Shown piece after piece: positions 17,869 through 26,831 of a stretch of 64,000 nt of DNA. A program made the position numbers and the translations under genes. The stretch spans positions 800,001-864,000 of the forward strand of contig OY759974.1 in NCBI GenBank assembly GCA_963662945.1, in the 5' to 3' direction. The notes under the pieces are model-generated. The model did no database searches and was not told where the DNA came from. It saw only the letters and a program-made list of their open reading frames with translations. The DNA comes from Arcobacteraceae bacterium (GTDB lineage: Bacteria; Campylobacterota; Campylobacteria; Campylobacterales; Arcobacteraceae). Each line of letters starts with the position of its first letter. Within the stretch, counting starts at the first letter, position 1.

Positions 17869-20592
17869 ATGGTTGATTTTATCAAAAGAGATAACAATGA
17901 TATGTTTAAAAACCCTATTTTTAGGTTTTTATTTAAAAATACAAAATTTCTTTTAGTTTTAAGAATAGCAGTTACACTGCTTTTCTTTTATGCTGTTTAT
18001 TTTGGATTTGTACATCCTACTTCTGAAGAGAACATCTTCACAGGTGCAGTATTTTGGGGAATATTCTGGGCACTATTTATGGTAGTGACTCTTTCAACTT
18101 TTGGAAGAATATTTTGTGGTATTTGTCCACATGGATTTTTAGGAAAATATATTACAAAATTTGGTTTGAAAAAAACCATGCCAAACTGGATGCAAAATAG
18201 ATATATTGGTATCACTTTACTAGTAATTGGTTGGTGGGGAATTTATTATACATTTCCTTCATTTTGGAAAACACCAATTGGAACTGCTTCTATGTTTGGA
18301 GGGATGACATTAATTGCTTTTATTTTTTATTTTATCTATAAAGAGATGAGTTATTGTAAATATATTTGTCCTATTGGAACACTTACAAGAGCATATGACA
18401 AATTATCATTTACAAAACTAGAAACTTATACTGACTCTTGTAAGGATTGTAGAACTTTTGAATGTGCTACAGCTTGTCAATACGATTTAAAACCATTTAC
18501 CTTTGCAAAGAAAAATCAAACTGATGATTGTACCTTATGTATGGATTGTGCTGTATCTTGTGAAGCTGTTAAATTTAAACTTACAAAACCAGCAGAACAA
18601 CTAGGAAGTAAACTAAAAATTTTAAGTGCTGAAGTTTGGACGTATATTCTTATCTTTGCTTCTATTCCTGTATCTATGGGATTTGCACATGGTTTAAATA
18701 GAACTAAAATAGCTGATGAGTTTCTATGGAATAAAACGGCTGCTTTTTTTGGTATGAATGAATATGCAGGTGGATTTGCTTTCCTATATGCTGTTATTTT
18801 TAGTGTATTTTTCGCTACATTTGGAATCTATGTAGCATCTAAAATATTAAAAAAAGAATACAGTTCTACCTTTACTAATTTAGGTGTTGCTTTTATTCCA
18901 CTTTTTATCTTTGCATCACTAGGGCATACATTAGAAACTTTTTTTATCAAAGATTATGTAACAATAGTAGATGGATTTGCACAAGGTTTTGGTTTTAATG
19001 TTGAAGTGGAAGCTTTAGCAAAAAGAGGTGATGGATGGCTTCACTATTTTGGATTATTTAAATGGATAGGAATTATCTGGTCATTTATTCTTCTTTACAA
19101 AAGAATGAAAATGATTGATGCTACAAAATTACGAAAAATATTTGGATACTTTTTTGCTTCATTAATGATTCTTTTTTACATAGGATTAAATATCTATACA
19201 GGATATGTATTTTCTAAATATGGGGCAAAATCACGAAGTGGACATTCTCACGGTGGAAATGGAAAAACAATGTTCCAAAGTGTACCTTTTAAACAAGCTA
19301 CACTTTTACAAGTGGGAAAAGATAAAACAAGTGGTGTAGTATGTGGGATGAATCTTCCTATGTTTTATAAAACAAACCATAGTGCGATACTTGATGGACA
19401 GGTGCGACAATATTGTTCAATACATTGTTTAGCTGAAGATTTACGAATAAAAAATTTAGCTTTGGAAAATATTCAAGTTGTAGATGTAACCAGTTTAAAA
19501 TTCATCCCAGTTAAAGATGCTTTTTATGTGGTTGGAAGTAAACAGCTAGGAACTATGAGTAGAACTAGTAAATATGCTTTTGCTACAGAAAAAGATGCTT
19601 TAGAATTTGTTCAAAAATACGGTGGAGAAATTGTAAATTTTAGAAAAGCAGTTTATATTGCAATGCAAGATTTTTCAAAAAAACCTTATGGAACTCATAC
19701 AGAAAAAACTGCTTTAGATTTGACACAACCATTATATCTTACACTTAAAGACCCCTCTGCATCTAAAGAAAAGTCAGGTGGACATATGCACGGTGGTAGT
19801 GGTGGAAAACCTAAACCTGAAGGATATATCCCCACACAAAAAATATATCTTTCTACTTTAAATAATAAAAGTGTATCTCCTAAAAATATAGAGTTTTTTT
19901 ACTATGATATAAAACAAAAGAAAAAAGATATTATCAAAAATAGTTCAAGAGGAAAAGAAACATATAGTTTTGAAGTACCAAACAATGGATACTACAATCT
20001 TTTTGCTGTAGCACAAAGTACAAAAGATGATAAAAGTTTTTATAATGTAGCAAAACTTGAATATCTTCAAGGAAAACATGGTATTGAAGATATTTATGAT
20101 GAAAAACTTAAAAAAAATCTTGAACAAAACCTTACTAAAATTGATTTAATAAGAATAAAAAATGAAGATGAAAATAGCTTTTTTTATAAATTTAAAATGG
20201 GTGAAACTCTAAAGTTTCAAGCAATATTTGATCAAAAACCTTTAGCAAATGCAAAAATACATATCAAACTCCAAAGTGGTTGGGAAAAAACTTCAATTAC
20301 AAATGATAAAGGTGAAGTAGAACTTACAATTATAAGAGATTATTTTCCACCTTGGAATAAATTTGAAAAACGATTTAAACAAGATTTATTAATAACTTTA
20401 GAACATAATATAGAGAATACAAAATATACACTCACCTACCCTGCTTCTTTTTATCCAAACTCTAGTGATTATGAATCGTATGCTTATGCACTGTTACTTA
20501 TAACACTTACACTACTTATATCTGGTATTGTTATTTATAGATTTAGAAAAAATAGAACAAAACCTTTTAGTGAGGTAAACTTTAATGAGTAA
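17869..20592 (+). CDS. Fusion of membrane 4Fe-4S polyferredoxin, NosL-like metal-binding domain and DUF4198-like domain, with a C-terminal TM anchor
   Basis: GRIFCGICPHG, CKYICPIG, CKDCRTFECATAC, CTLCMDCAVSC; His linkers GHSHGG and GHMHGG; VVCGM...RQYCSIHC...VVGS...GTM NosL-like segment; KPLANAKI...TNDKGEV. Confidence 0.8.
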   Translation: MVDFIKRDNNDMFKNPIFRFLFKNTKFLLVLRIAVTLLFFYAVYFGFVHPTSEENIFTGAVFWGIFWALFMVVTLSTFGRIFCGICPHGFLGKYITKFGLKKTMPNWMQNRYIGITLLVIGWWGIYYTFPSFWKTPIGTASMFGGMTLIAFIFYFIYKEMSYCKYICPIGTLTRAYDKLSFTKLETYTDSCKDCRTFECATACQYDLKPFTFAKKNQTDDCTLCMDCAVSCEAVKFKLTKPAEQLGSKLKILSAEVWTYILIFASIPVSMGFAHGLNRTKIADEFLWNKTAAFFGMNEYAGGFAFLYAVIFSVFFATFGIYVASKILKKEYSSTFTNLGVAFIPLFIFASLGHTLETFFIKDYVTIVDGFAQGFGFNVEVEALAKRGDGWLHYFGLFKWIGIIWSFILLYKRMKMIDATKLRKIFGYFFASLMILFYIGLNIYTGYVFSKYGAKSRSGHSHGGNGKTMFQSVPFKQATLLQVGKDKTSGVVCGMNLPMFYKTNHSAILDGQVRQYCSIHCLAEDLRIKNLALENIQVVDVTSLKFIPVKDAFYVVGSKQLGTMSRTSKYAFATEKDALEFVQKYGGEIVNFRKAVYIAMQDFSKKPYGTHTEKTALDLTQPLYLTLKDPSASKEKSGGHMHGGSGGKPKPEGYIPTQKIYLSTLNNKSVSPKNIEFFYYDIKQKKKDIIKNSSRGKETYSFEVPNNGYYNLFAVAQSTKDDKSFYNVAKLEYLQGKHGIEDIYDEKLKKNLEQNLTKIDLIRIKNEDENSFFYKFKMGETLKFQAIFDQKPLANAKIHIKLQSGWEKTSITNDKGEVELTIIRDYFPPWNKFEKRFKQDLLITLEHNIENTKYTLTYPASFYPNSSDYESYAYALLLITLTLLISGIVIYRFRKNRTKPFSEVNFNE

Positions 20593-21601
20593 AATCAAAC
20601 AACTTGTAAATAATATGAATCTTATCAAAGTAAGATTTACTATTCAATTACTGACTTTTATTTTATTTGTTTATGGTGGTTATTTTGCCATTGATTTTGG
20701 TTCAAGACTGCCTATTTTTGCCTGTCCTTATAATAAAGAAGCAGCTGGAGCTTGTTATTTAATTCCATTACAACATCAGTTAGGTATGCCAGCACAAATA
20801 TTACTTGGTGGGGCTGGAATTGCAGTTATTACTGGATTTTTAACATTTCTTTTTTGGTTTATATTTCTAAATAAAGCTTGGTGTGGATATGTATGTCCTT
20901 TTGGAACATTACAAGATTGGCTAACAATGCTTAGAAAAAATATGGGTATACGTTTTTCAACATATACACAAAATCAATTTGAAAAACTTTCAAAAATAAA
21001 ATATATCCTTTTAGCTATTGTTATTTTAGTACCTCTTCTTATGGGTGTTGGCGTTTTTGGAAGAGAATGGTCTGCTGCATTTTGTCAAATCTGTCCAGCA
21101 CGAATCATCTCTCCTATGTTTAGTGGAGATTTCTCTCAATGGACAATAGACTTTTCTACTAAAACAGCCATGGTATTAACTGCTATTGGGATGATATTTG
21201 CTGGATTATTTTTAATTGGTAGTTTTGTAAAAAAAAGATTCTTTTGCTTCTTTTGTCCGATGAGTGCCTTGCATTATATTTTTTCAAAGTTCTCAATTGT
21301 AAGTTTACAAAAAGATGGAAGTAAATGTACACGATGTGGAGATTGTTATGCTGTATGTGATATGCAGATAAAAGATATAGCAGATGATGTTACAAGTACA
21401 AATATCTTAAGAGATGATTGTATTTTATGTTTAAAATGTATAGCTGCATGTCCGGAAGATGATGCACTGCATTTTGATATATTAAAATTCAAAACTTTTA
21501 GCTCTACAAAACAAGGTTTTGAAAAGAGAATGGGAATAGAAAGACCAAAACAAGCTGAGGCGAAGTTTCCTCGAAAAGGATTAAATGATGAGCAACAATG
21601 A
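20585..21601 (+). CDS. NapH/MauN-like membrane 4Fe-4S protein
   Basis: WCGYVCPFG, FCFFCPMS, CTRCGDCYAVC, CILCLKCIAACP; several TM helices. Confidence 0.88.
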   Translation: MSKIKQLVNNMNLIKVRFTIQLLTFILFVYGGYFAIDFGSRLPIFACPYNKEAAGACYLIPLQHQLGMPAQILLGGAGIAVITGFLTFLFWFIFLNKAWCGYVCPFGTLQDWLTMLRKNMGIRFSTYTQNQFEKLSKIKYILLAIVILVPLLMGVGVFGREWSAAFCQICPARIISPMFSGDFSQWTIDFSTKTAMVLTAIGMIFAGLFLIGSFVKKRFFCFFCPMSALHYIFSKFSIVSLQKDGSKCTRCGDCYAVCDMQIKDIADDVTSTNILRDDCILCLKCIAACPEDDALHFDILKFKTFSSTKQGFEKRMGIERPKQAEAKFPRKGLNDEQQ

Positions 21602-22868
21602 GAATCATAAAATAGAAACACCACTTGAAAAACAAAACAGACATAAAGCTATGGAAGCAATTAAGGTAATTAATACTTTAAAAGAAGAGTTTAAATCTCC
21701 TATAAAATCTATGGATTATTTTTATACACTTTTTGAAGATGTATATTGTCATCAAAAATCACTTCATGCTGATAAAGTAAAAGTGGGAACCATGTGTATT
21801 CAAATACCAAGTGAAATTATATATGCACTTGATGGTGTTCCTATTCGACTTTGTAACGGATTTTATACAGATGATGAGCTAGGAAGTGATCTTATGCCTC
21901 AAAAATCTTGTCCACTGGTTAAAGCAAGTGTTGGGCACTTGTCAAGTCAAAATTTAAGTGACAAACCACATATGATTTATAGTCCTACAACTTGTGATCA
22001 AAAAACAAAAGCTGGTGCAACTATTGAAAGTTTTGGATATGAGGTAGTTGATGTAGATTTCCCAAGAACAAAAGAGAGTGAGGTAAGTCGTGAATTTTTT
22101 AGAAGAAGTATCAGAAATTTTGCCATAGATTTATCAAAAAAAACTGGAAAAAAACTCACTAAAAAAAATTTAAAAAGCTCCATTGGAAAAGTTGGTTATG
22201 CACAATCTTTATATCATAGACTATCTGATTTAAGAAAAAATAAAAATGTACCAATATTAGGTGTTGATATGTTTTTAGTTACCAATGCTTTTTTCTTTGA
22301 TAAAATTGACAATTGGATAAAAGCTACAGAAATTTTACTGCATGACTTAGAGTTAAGGGTAAAAGAAAATATTCATGTAGCAGGAAAAATCAGTCCAAGA
22401 ATAGTTTATACAGGTTCACCACCTATTTTCCCAAATTATAAAATACCATTACTTATTGAAGAATCAGATGCAGTTATAGTTGCAGATGAAACTTGCAGTT
22501 CAAATAGAATGTTCAACGATCGAGTTGCAGTGGATGAATGGTTTGTAAATGATATGTTGGATTCTATGGCAGATAAATATCTTAAGGCTTGTACTTGTCC
22601 AATATTTACAAAAAATGATGACCGTATTCGAAGAATTATAGAACTTGTTCGTTCATATGATGCAGATGGTGTTATCTATCAAGCTTTTGCTGGTTGTACT
22701 GTATATGAGTTAGAACAAAGAAGTGTTTTAGAAGCTATGGAAAAAGAGGGGATCTCTATACTTTATTTAGAAAGTGATTATTCACCTAGCCAAAGTGGAC
22801 AGCTAAGTACCAGAGTTGAAGCATTTATAGAATCACTCAAAATGAAAAAAAGAAAAAAAGGAAAATAG
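21585..22868 (+). CDS. 2-hydroxyacyl-CoA dehydratase (HGD-D) family protein, probable double-cubane cluster protein (DCCP)
   Basis: Single 427-aa subunit with C71, C109, C137(xxK140), C304, C338 and C371(xxY374); C-terminal LESDY...TRVEAFIE. Confidence 0.82.
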   Translation: MMSNNENHKIETPLEKQNRHKAMEAIKVINTLKEEFKSPIKSMDYFYTLFEDVYCHQKSLHADKVKVGTMCIQIPSEIIYALDGVPIRLCNGFYTDDELGSDLMPQKSCPLVKASVGHLSSQNLSDKPHMIYSPTTCDQKTKAGATIESFGYEVVDVDFPRTKESEVSREFFRRSIRNFAIDLSKKTGKKLTKKNLKSSIGKVGYAQSLYHRLSDLRKNKNVPILGVDMFLVTNAFFFDKIDNWIKATEILLHDLELRVKENIHVAGKISPRIVYTGSPPIFPNYKIPLLIEESDAVIVADETCSSNRMFNDRVAVDEWFVNDMLDSMADKYLKACTCPIFTKNDDRIRRIIELVRSYDADGVIYQAFAGCTVYELEQRSVLEAMEKEGISILYLESDYSPSQSGQLSTRVEAFIESLKMKKRKKGK

Positions 22869-22869
22869 T

Positions 22870-23673
22870 ATGAAATATTTTGCTGGAATCGATATAGGTT
22901 CAACTGCCATTAAAATCTCAATAGCTGATGAAAATAAAAATCTTGTAGGACACAAAATCAGTGCAAGTGGAAGTATGTTTTATAAATATGCTCATGAAAC
23001 TTTAGATGCACTTGTTTCAGAAATAGGGATAAAAAAAGAAGATATTATATACACTGTAGCAACTGGTTATGGAAGAAAAATATTTAAAGAAGCTGATGAA
23101 AATATTAGTGAAATTACTGCAAATGCGATAGGTGCACGAGCTGCCGCTAAAGAATATGGAGAGATTAAAACTATTATTAATATTGGTGGTCAAGATAGTA
23201 AAGCAATTTCACTAGATGAAGAGGGAAATGTAACAAATTTTGCTATGAATGACAGATGTGCAGCTGGTACTGGAAAATTTCTTGATGCATGTGCTATGAA
23301 TCTTGAAATAACAGTAGAAGAACTTGGAGATAAACATTTTGCCTCAACTGGAACACCATTATCAATCAATAGTACTTGTGCAGTATTTGCAGAGAGTGAA
23401 ATTATAGGACTTTTAGGGAATAGTCATAGTGTCGAAGATATTGTATGTGGTGTACACTATTCTATTGCAAAAAGAATTGTAAAACTTGTAAAAAGAGTTG
23501 GTGTCAAAGAAGGAGTATATTTTGATGGTGGTCCAGCACTTAATACAGGATTAGTCAATGCACTTGAAAATGAACTTAGTTGTAAGATATTTATTCCTCA
23601 ATATCCACAAATCACTACATCTTATGGAGCAGCGATTATTGGAGTAGATTCTTATAATTACGAAAATGAATAA
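22870..23673 (+). CDS. ASKHA-type ATP-dependent [4Fe-4S] activase (HgdC/BcrAD/BadFG family; DCCP reductase-like)
   Basis: GIDIGST, ATGYGR, IGGQDSK, MNDRCAAGTG, STCAVFAESE. Confidence 0.93.
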   Translation: MKYFAGIDIGSTAIKISIADENKNLVGHKISASGSMFYKYAHETLDALVSEIGIKKEDIIYTVATGYGRKIFKEADENISEITANAIGARAAAKEYGEIKTIINIGGQDSKAISLDEEGNVTNFAMNDRCAAGTGKFLDACAMNLEITVEELGDKHFASTGTPLSINSTCAVFAESEIIGLLGNSHSVEDIVCGVHYSIAKRIVKLVKRVGVKEGVYFDGGPALNTGLVNALENELSCKIFIPQYPQITTSYGAAIIGVDSYNYENE

Positions 23674-23677
23674 TTAA

Positions 23678-26600
23678 ATGTTTGACAAAACTATAAAATT
23701 TTTTATTGAAAATTATAAAATAAACTATGCTTTATTTATATTCTTATTTATTGTCGGAATCTATTCTTATACAAAAATTCCTAAAGAAGTACAACCAACT
23801 ATTGAACCTAGCACTATAAGGGTAAGCGGAAATTACAGTGGAGCTTCTGTTGACATTTTAAATAAAATGGCTGTCATACCTTTAGAAAATGAAGTAAAAA
23901 ATATTGTTGGTGTAGATAATATTATTACAAATATCAATCCAGGTAAATTTTCTATCACTTTAGAACTTGATAAATACGAGAAAAAAGAGGATATAAAAGA
24001 AAATGTAAAAGATGCAATTGCAATGATTATCTCTGATTTACCAGCAGATATGGATGAACCTTTGATTAAAGCTGTTGCTCATGCACGTTCATTAATGTAT
24101 GTTTCAGTTCTTTCTACAAAAATCTCTAGAGATGATCTTTTAAAAATTGCAAAAGATTTAAAAACAACTCTTTTAGGCATCCCTTTTATTTCAGATATTA
24201 CAATATTTGGTGAATCAGATGAATATTATGAAATACAAATTGATGAAAAAAAAATAGAAGCTTTTGGACTAGAAAAAAAAGATATCTCTTCAATAATTGC
24301 TGAACTCTCTTATACTTTTCCAGCAGGAAAAATGGAAGGGAAAAAAAATCAATTTTATCTTTCAACTGCAAATGGGAAAAAAAGTGCTGAAAACTTAGCA
24401 AATACACTTTTAAAAATAAATGATAAAACAATCTATTTTAAAGATATAGCTACCATTACAAAACGTTATGAAGATTCTTCAACACTTGCTAGTATGAATG
24501 GGAAAGGCGCTATTACACTTGCTATCTCACAAAATCCAAGAGGTGATGCCATAACATTATCAGAACAAGTGAGAGATGTACTTGATAAATCAAAAAAAGC
24601 AAATATTACTTTTGATATTAAAAGAGATAATTCATTTCAAGTAAAAGAGAGTTTAAATATAGTTTTCTCAAATATCATTTTTGGAATACTATTAATTTGT
24701 TTATTTACTATTGTTCTTATTAATTCCCGTATGGCATTAGTTATTATTATGGGTATACCAACTTCTTTTGTTATAGGTGCAATCTATTTTTATTTTACAG
24801 GATATAGTATTAATGTACAATCACTTGTAGGAGTACTTTTAGCAATTGGTATTATTGTTGATGATGCAATTGTTGTAAGTGAAAATATTCAACAATATAT
24901 TGAACGTGGCTATCCACCAAAAGAAGCTGCATATTTGGGAACAAAAGAGATGGCAAAACCAGTTTTTTGGGCATCTGTAACTACTCTTTTCTCATTTATA
25001 CCATTGTTAATGATTAGTGGTAGAATGGGTGAAATTATTCAGCTTATTCCTATAGCATTTAGTGCACTTATTTTTGCTTCACTTATTGAGTCATTCATCT
25101 TTTTACCTATACATGCTTCCCATATTTTAAATAATAATTCAAAAACCTTATCATGGGAAAAAAGCAAAAATATTTACACTAAAATTTTACATAACTTGAT
25201 GAAATATAAAAAAAGTTTTTTACTGATTTTTATTATCAGCGTTCCATTACTCATATTTTTTAGTGCAAAGCATTCAAAATTTCATATGTTTCAAAAATTT
25301 GATTCATCAAATGTAAACATTACCTTTAAAGGGAATAAAAATATGACACTTGAAGAAACATCTTTAATGGTACGTCAAATAGAACAAGACCTTTTAAAAT
25401 CCAAAGAGAAATTTTTTATAAAAAATGTAAGTTCAACAGCTGGTCATAGAAGAACAGCAACGGGAGAAACAGAAATTTATCCTTATGTTGGGAATATTAC
25501 AGTTGAACTTTATGAAAAAAAACCAAGTAATTTTTTCGAAGCATATATTAGCCCTTTGTTTAGTATTTATTATGAAAAAGAGGGACGAATACGAACCCTT
25601 CCATCTAAAGTTGTATCAAAACAATTGCGAGGTTGGTTAAAAGAACAACATTATAAAAGAAAATATAAATTAGAGCAAATAATGGTTGTTGAAAATAGAA
25701 TGGGAGCAACAAAAGCTGATATTAGAATTGGGTTAGTCAGTAATGATTACCAAAAAGCTTTACAAGGGGTAGATGAACTTCAAAAAGAGATTGAAAATAT
25801 AAAAGGGGTTAAATATAGTGGGAATAATATTAAATTTGGGATTGATGAACTGAAATTTCATATTAATAGCTATGGAGAATCACTTGGTGTAACAGAAAAA
25901 TATCTTGGTAATTTCTTAGCAAATGTCTATATGGATAAAAAAATAGCAACAATTTATGGTACAAATGAATCATTTGAGGTTAAATCAAAATCACTTTATA
26001 GTGATAATTTTGATTACTTTAAAAATATCACTATACCTTTAAAAGATTCAAGAGTAGTACACTTGCACGAGATATGTGATATATCTACCATAAAATCACT
26101 TGAGAAATTAGTCAAAGATAATGGTATTACTACATTTTATGTTTTTGCAAACGTTGATAATGATATCATCACTTCAAGTGAGGTTTTAGAAAAAATACAA
26201 CCAACAATAAAGAAACTAAAACAAAATGGTATAAAATTTATTTTCAAAGGGGAACAAGAGCAAAAGAAAAAACTAGAAATAGAGATGCTTCTATCAATAC
26301 TTTTAGCTCTTAGCTTAATATTTTTATCACTTCTTTATCTTTTTAACTCCATTAAAGAAACTCTTTTAGTGATGTCTGTTATTCCATTTTCTATGCTTGG
26401 GCTTTATATGGGACATTTTATTTTAGGATTACATATAACAGTTCCATCACTTATTGGTGCAATTGGACTTGCTGGTGTTATTGTTAATGATGGAATTATT
26501 ATGATGGACTCTATTAAAAAATCAACAACCCAAAAAGAGTTTTTTCACAATGCTGCTAAAAGATTTAGACCAATTATTTTAACCTCTATTACTACAATTG

Positions 26601-26758
26601 TTGGATTGTTTACACTTATCTTTTTTGCAACTGGTATGGCTGTTAGTTTTCAACCAATGGCTGTAACAATAGGGTTTGGACTTCTTTGGGGGACTATTTT
26701 AAATCTTTTATATTTACCTGTAATGTATGGATATTTTAATAATAAGCATTTAAAGTGA
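23678..26758 (+). CDS. RND-family (AcrB-like) permease
   Basis: 1026 aa; IGIIVDDAIVVSENI; RFRPIILTSITT. Confidence 0.93.
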   Translation: MFDKTIKFFIENYKINYALFIFLFIVGIYSYTKIPKEVQPTIEPSTIRVSGNYSGASVDILNKMAVIPLENEVKNIVGVDNIITNINPGKFSITLELDKYEKKEDIKENVKDAIAMIISDLPADMDEPLIKAVAHARSLMYVSVLSTKISRDDLLKIAKDLKTTLLGIPFISDITIFGESDEYYEIQIDEKKIEAFGLEKKDISSIIAELSYTFPAGKMEGKKNQFYLSTANGKKSAENLANTLLKINDKTIYFKDIATITKRYEDSSTLASMNGKGAITLAISQNPRGDAITLSEQVRDVLDKSKKANITFDIKRDNSFQVKESLNIVFSNIIFGILLICLFTIVLINSRMALVIIMGIPTSFVIGAIYFYFTGYSINVQSLVGVLLAIGIIVDDAIVVSENIQQYIERGYPPKEAAYLGTKEMAKPVFWASVTTLFSFIPLLMISGRMGEIIQLIPIAFSALIFASLIESFIFLPIHASHILNNNSKTLSWEKSKNIYTKILHNLMKYKKSFLLIFIISVPLLIFFSAKHSKFHMFQKFDSSNVNITFKGNKNMTLEETSLMVRQIEQDLLKSKEKFFIKNVSSTAGHRRTATGETEIYPYVGNITVELYEKKPSNFFEAYISPLFSIYYEKEGRIRTLPSKVVSKQLRGWLKEQHYKRKYKLEQIMVVENRMGATKADIRIGLVSNDYQKALQGVDELQKEIENIKGVKYSGNNIKFGIDELKFHINSYGESLGVTEKYLGNFLANVYMDKKIATIYGTNESFEVKSKSLYSDNFDYFKNITIPLKDSRVVHLHEICDISTIKSLEKLVKDNGITTFYVFANVDNDIITSSEVLEKIQPTIKKLKQNGIKFIFKGEQEQKKKLEIEMLLSILLALSLIFLSLLYLFNSIKETLLVMSVIPFSMLGLYMGHFILGLHITVPSLIGAIGLAGVIVNDGIIMMDSIKKSTTQKEFFHNAAKRFRPIILTSITTIVGLFTLIFFATGMAVSFQPMAVTIGFGLLWGTILNLLYLPVMYGYFNNKHLK

Positions 26759-26767
26759 TATTTAAAA

Positions 26768-26810
26768 TTAACACTTAATTAACACTTCTTTTATAAAATG
26801 GAAGTGTTAA
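26768..26810 (+). promoter_or_regulatory. TTAACA direct-repeat promoter, copy E (tonB), with an extra inverted copy downstream
   Basis: TTAACA-CTTAA-TTAACA-N9-TAAAAT, then GAAGTGTTAA (reverse complement of TTAACACTTC). Confidence 0.8.
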
Positions 26811-26831
26811 TATGGGAAAAGGAGAGTAGTT

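Noticed and set aside
17869-21601. Reading the NosL-like and NapH-like genes as a nos or nap cluster
   Set aside because: No nosZ, nosD, napA or napG in the window; the domains sit in a different operon context.
21585-23673. Classical 2-hydroxyglutaryl-CoA dehydratase or benzoyl-CoA reductase pathway
   Set aside because: Only one dehydratase-family subunit, with six candidate Cys ligands, and no CoA-transferase, ligase or dehydrogenase nearby.
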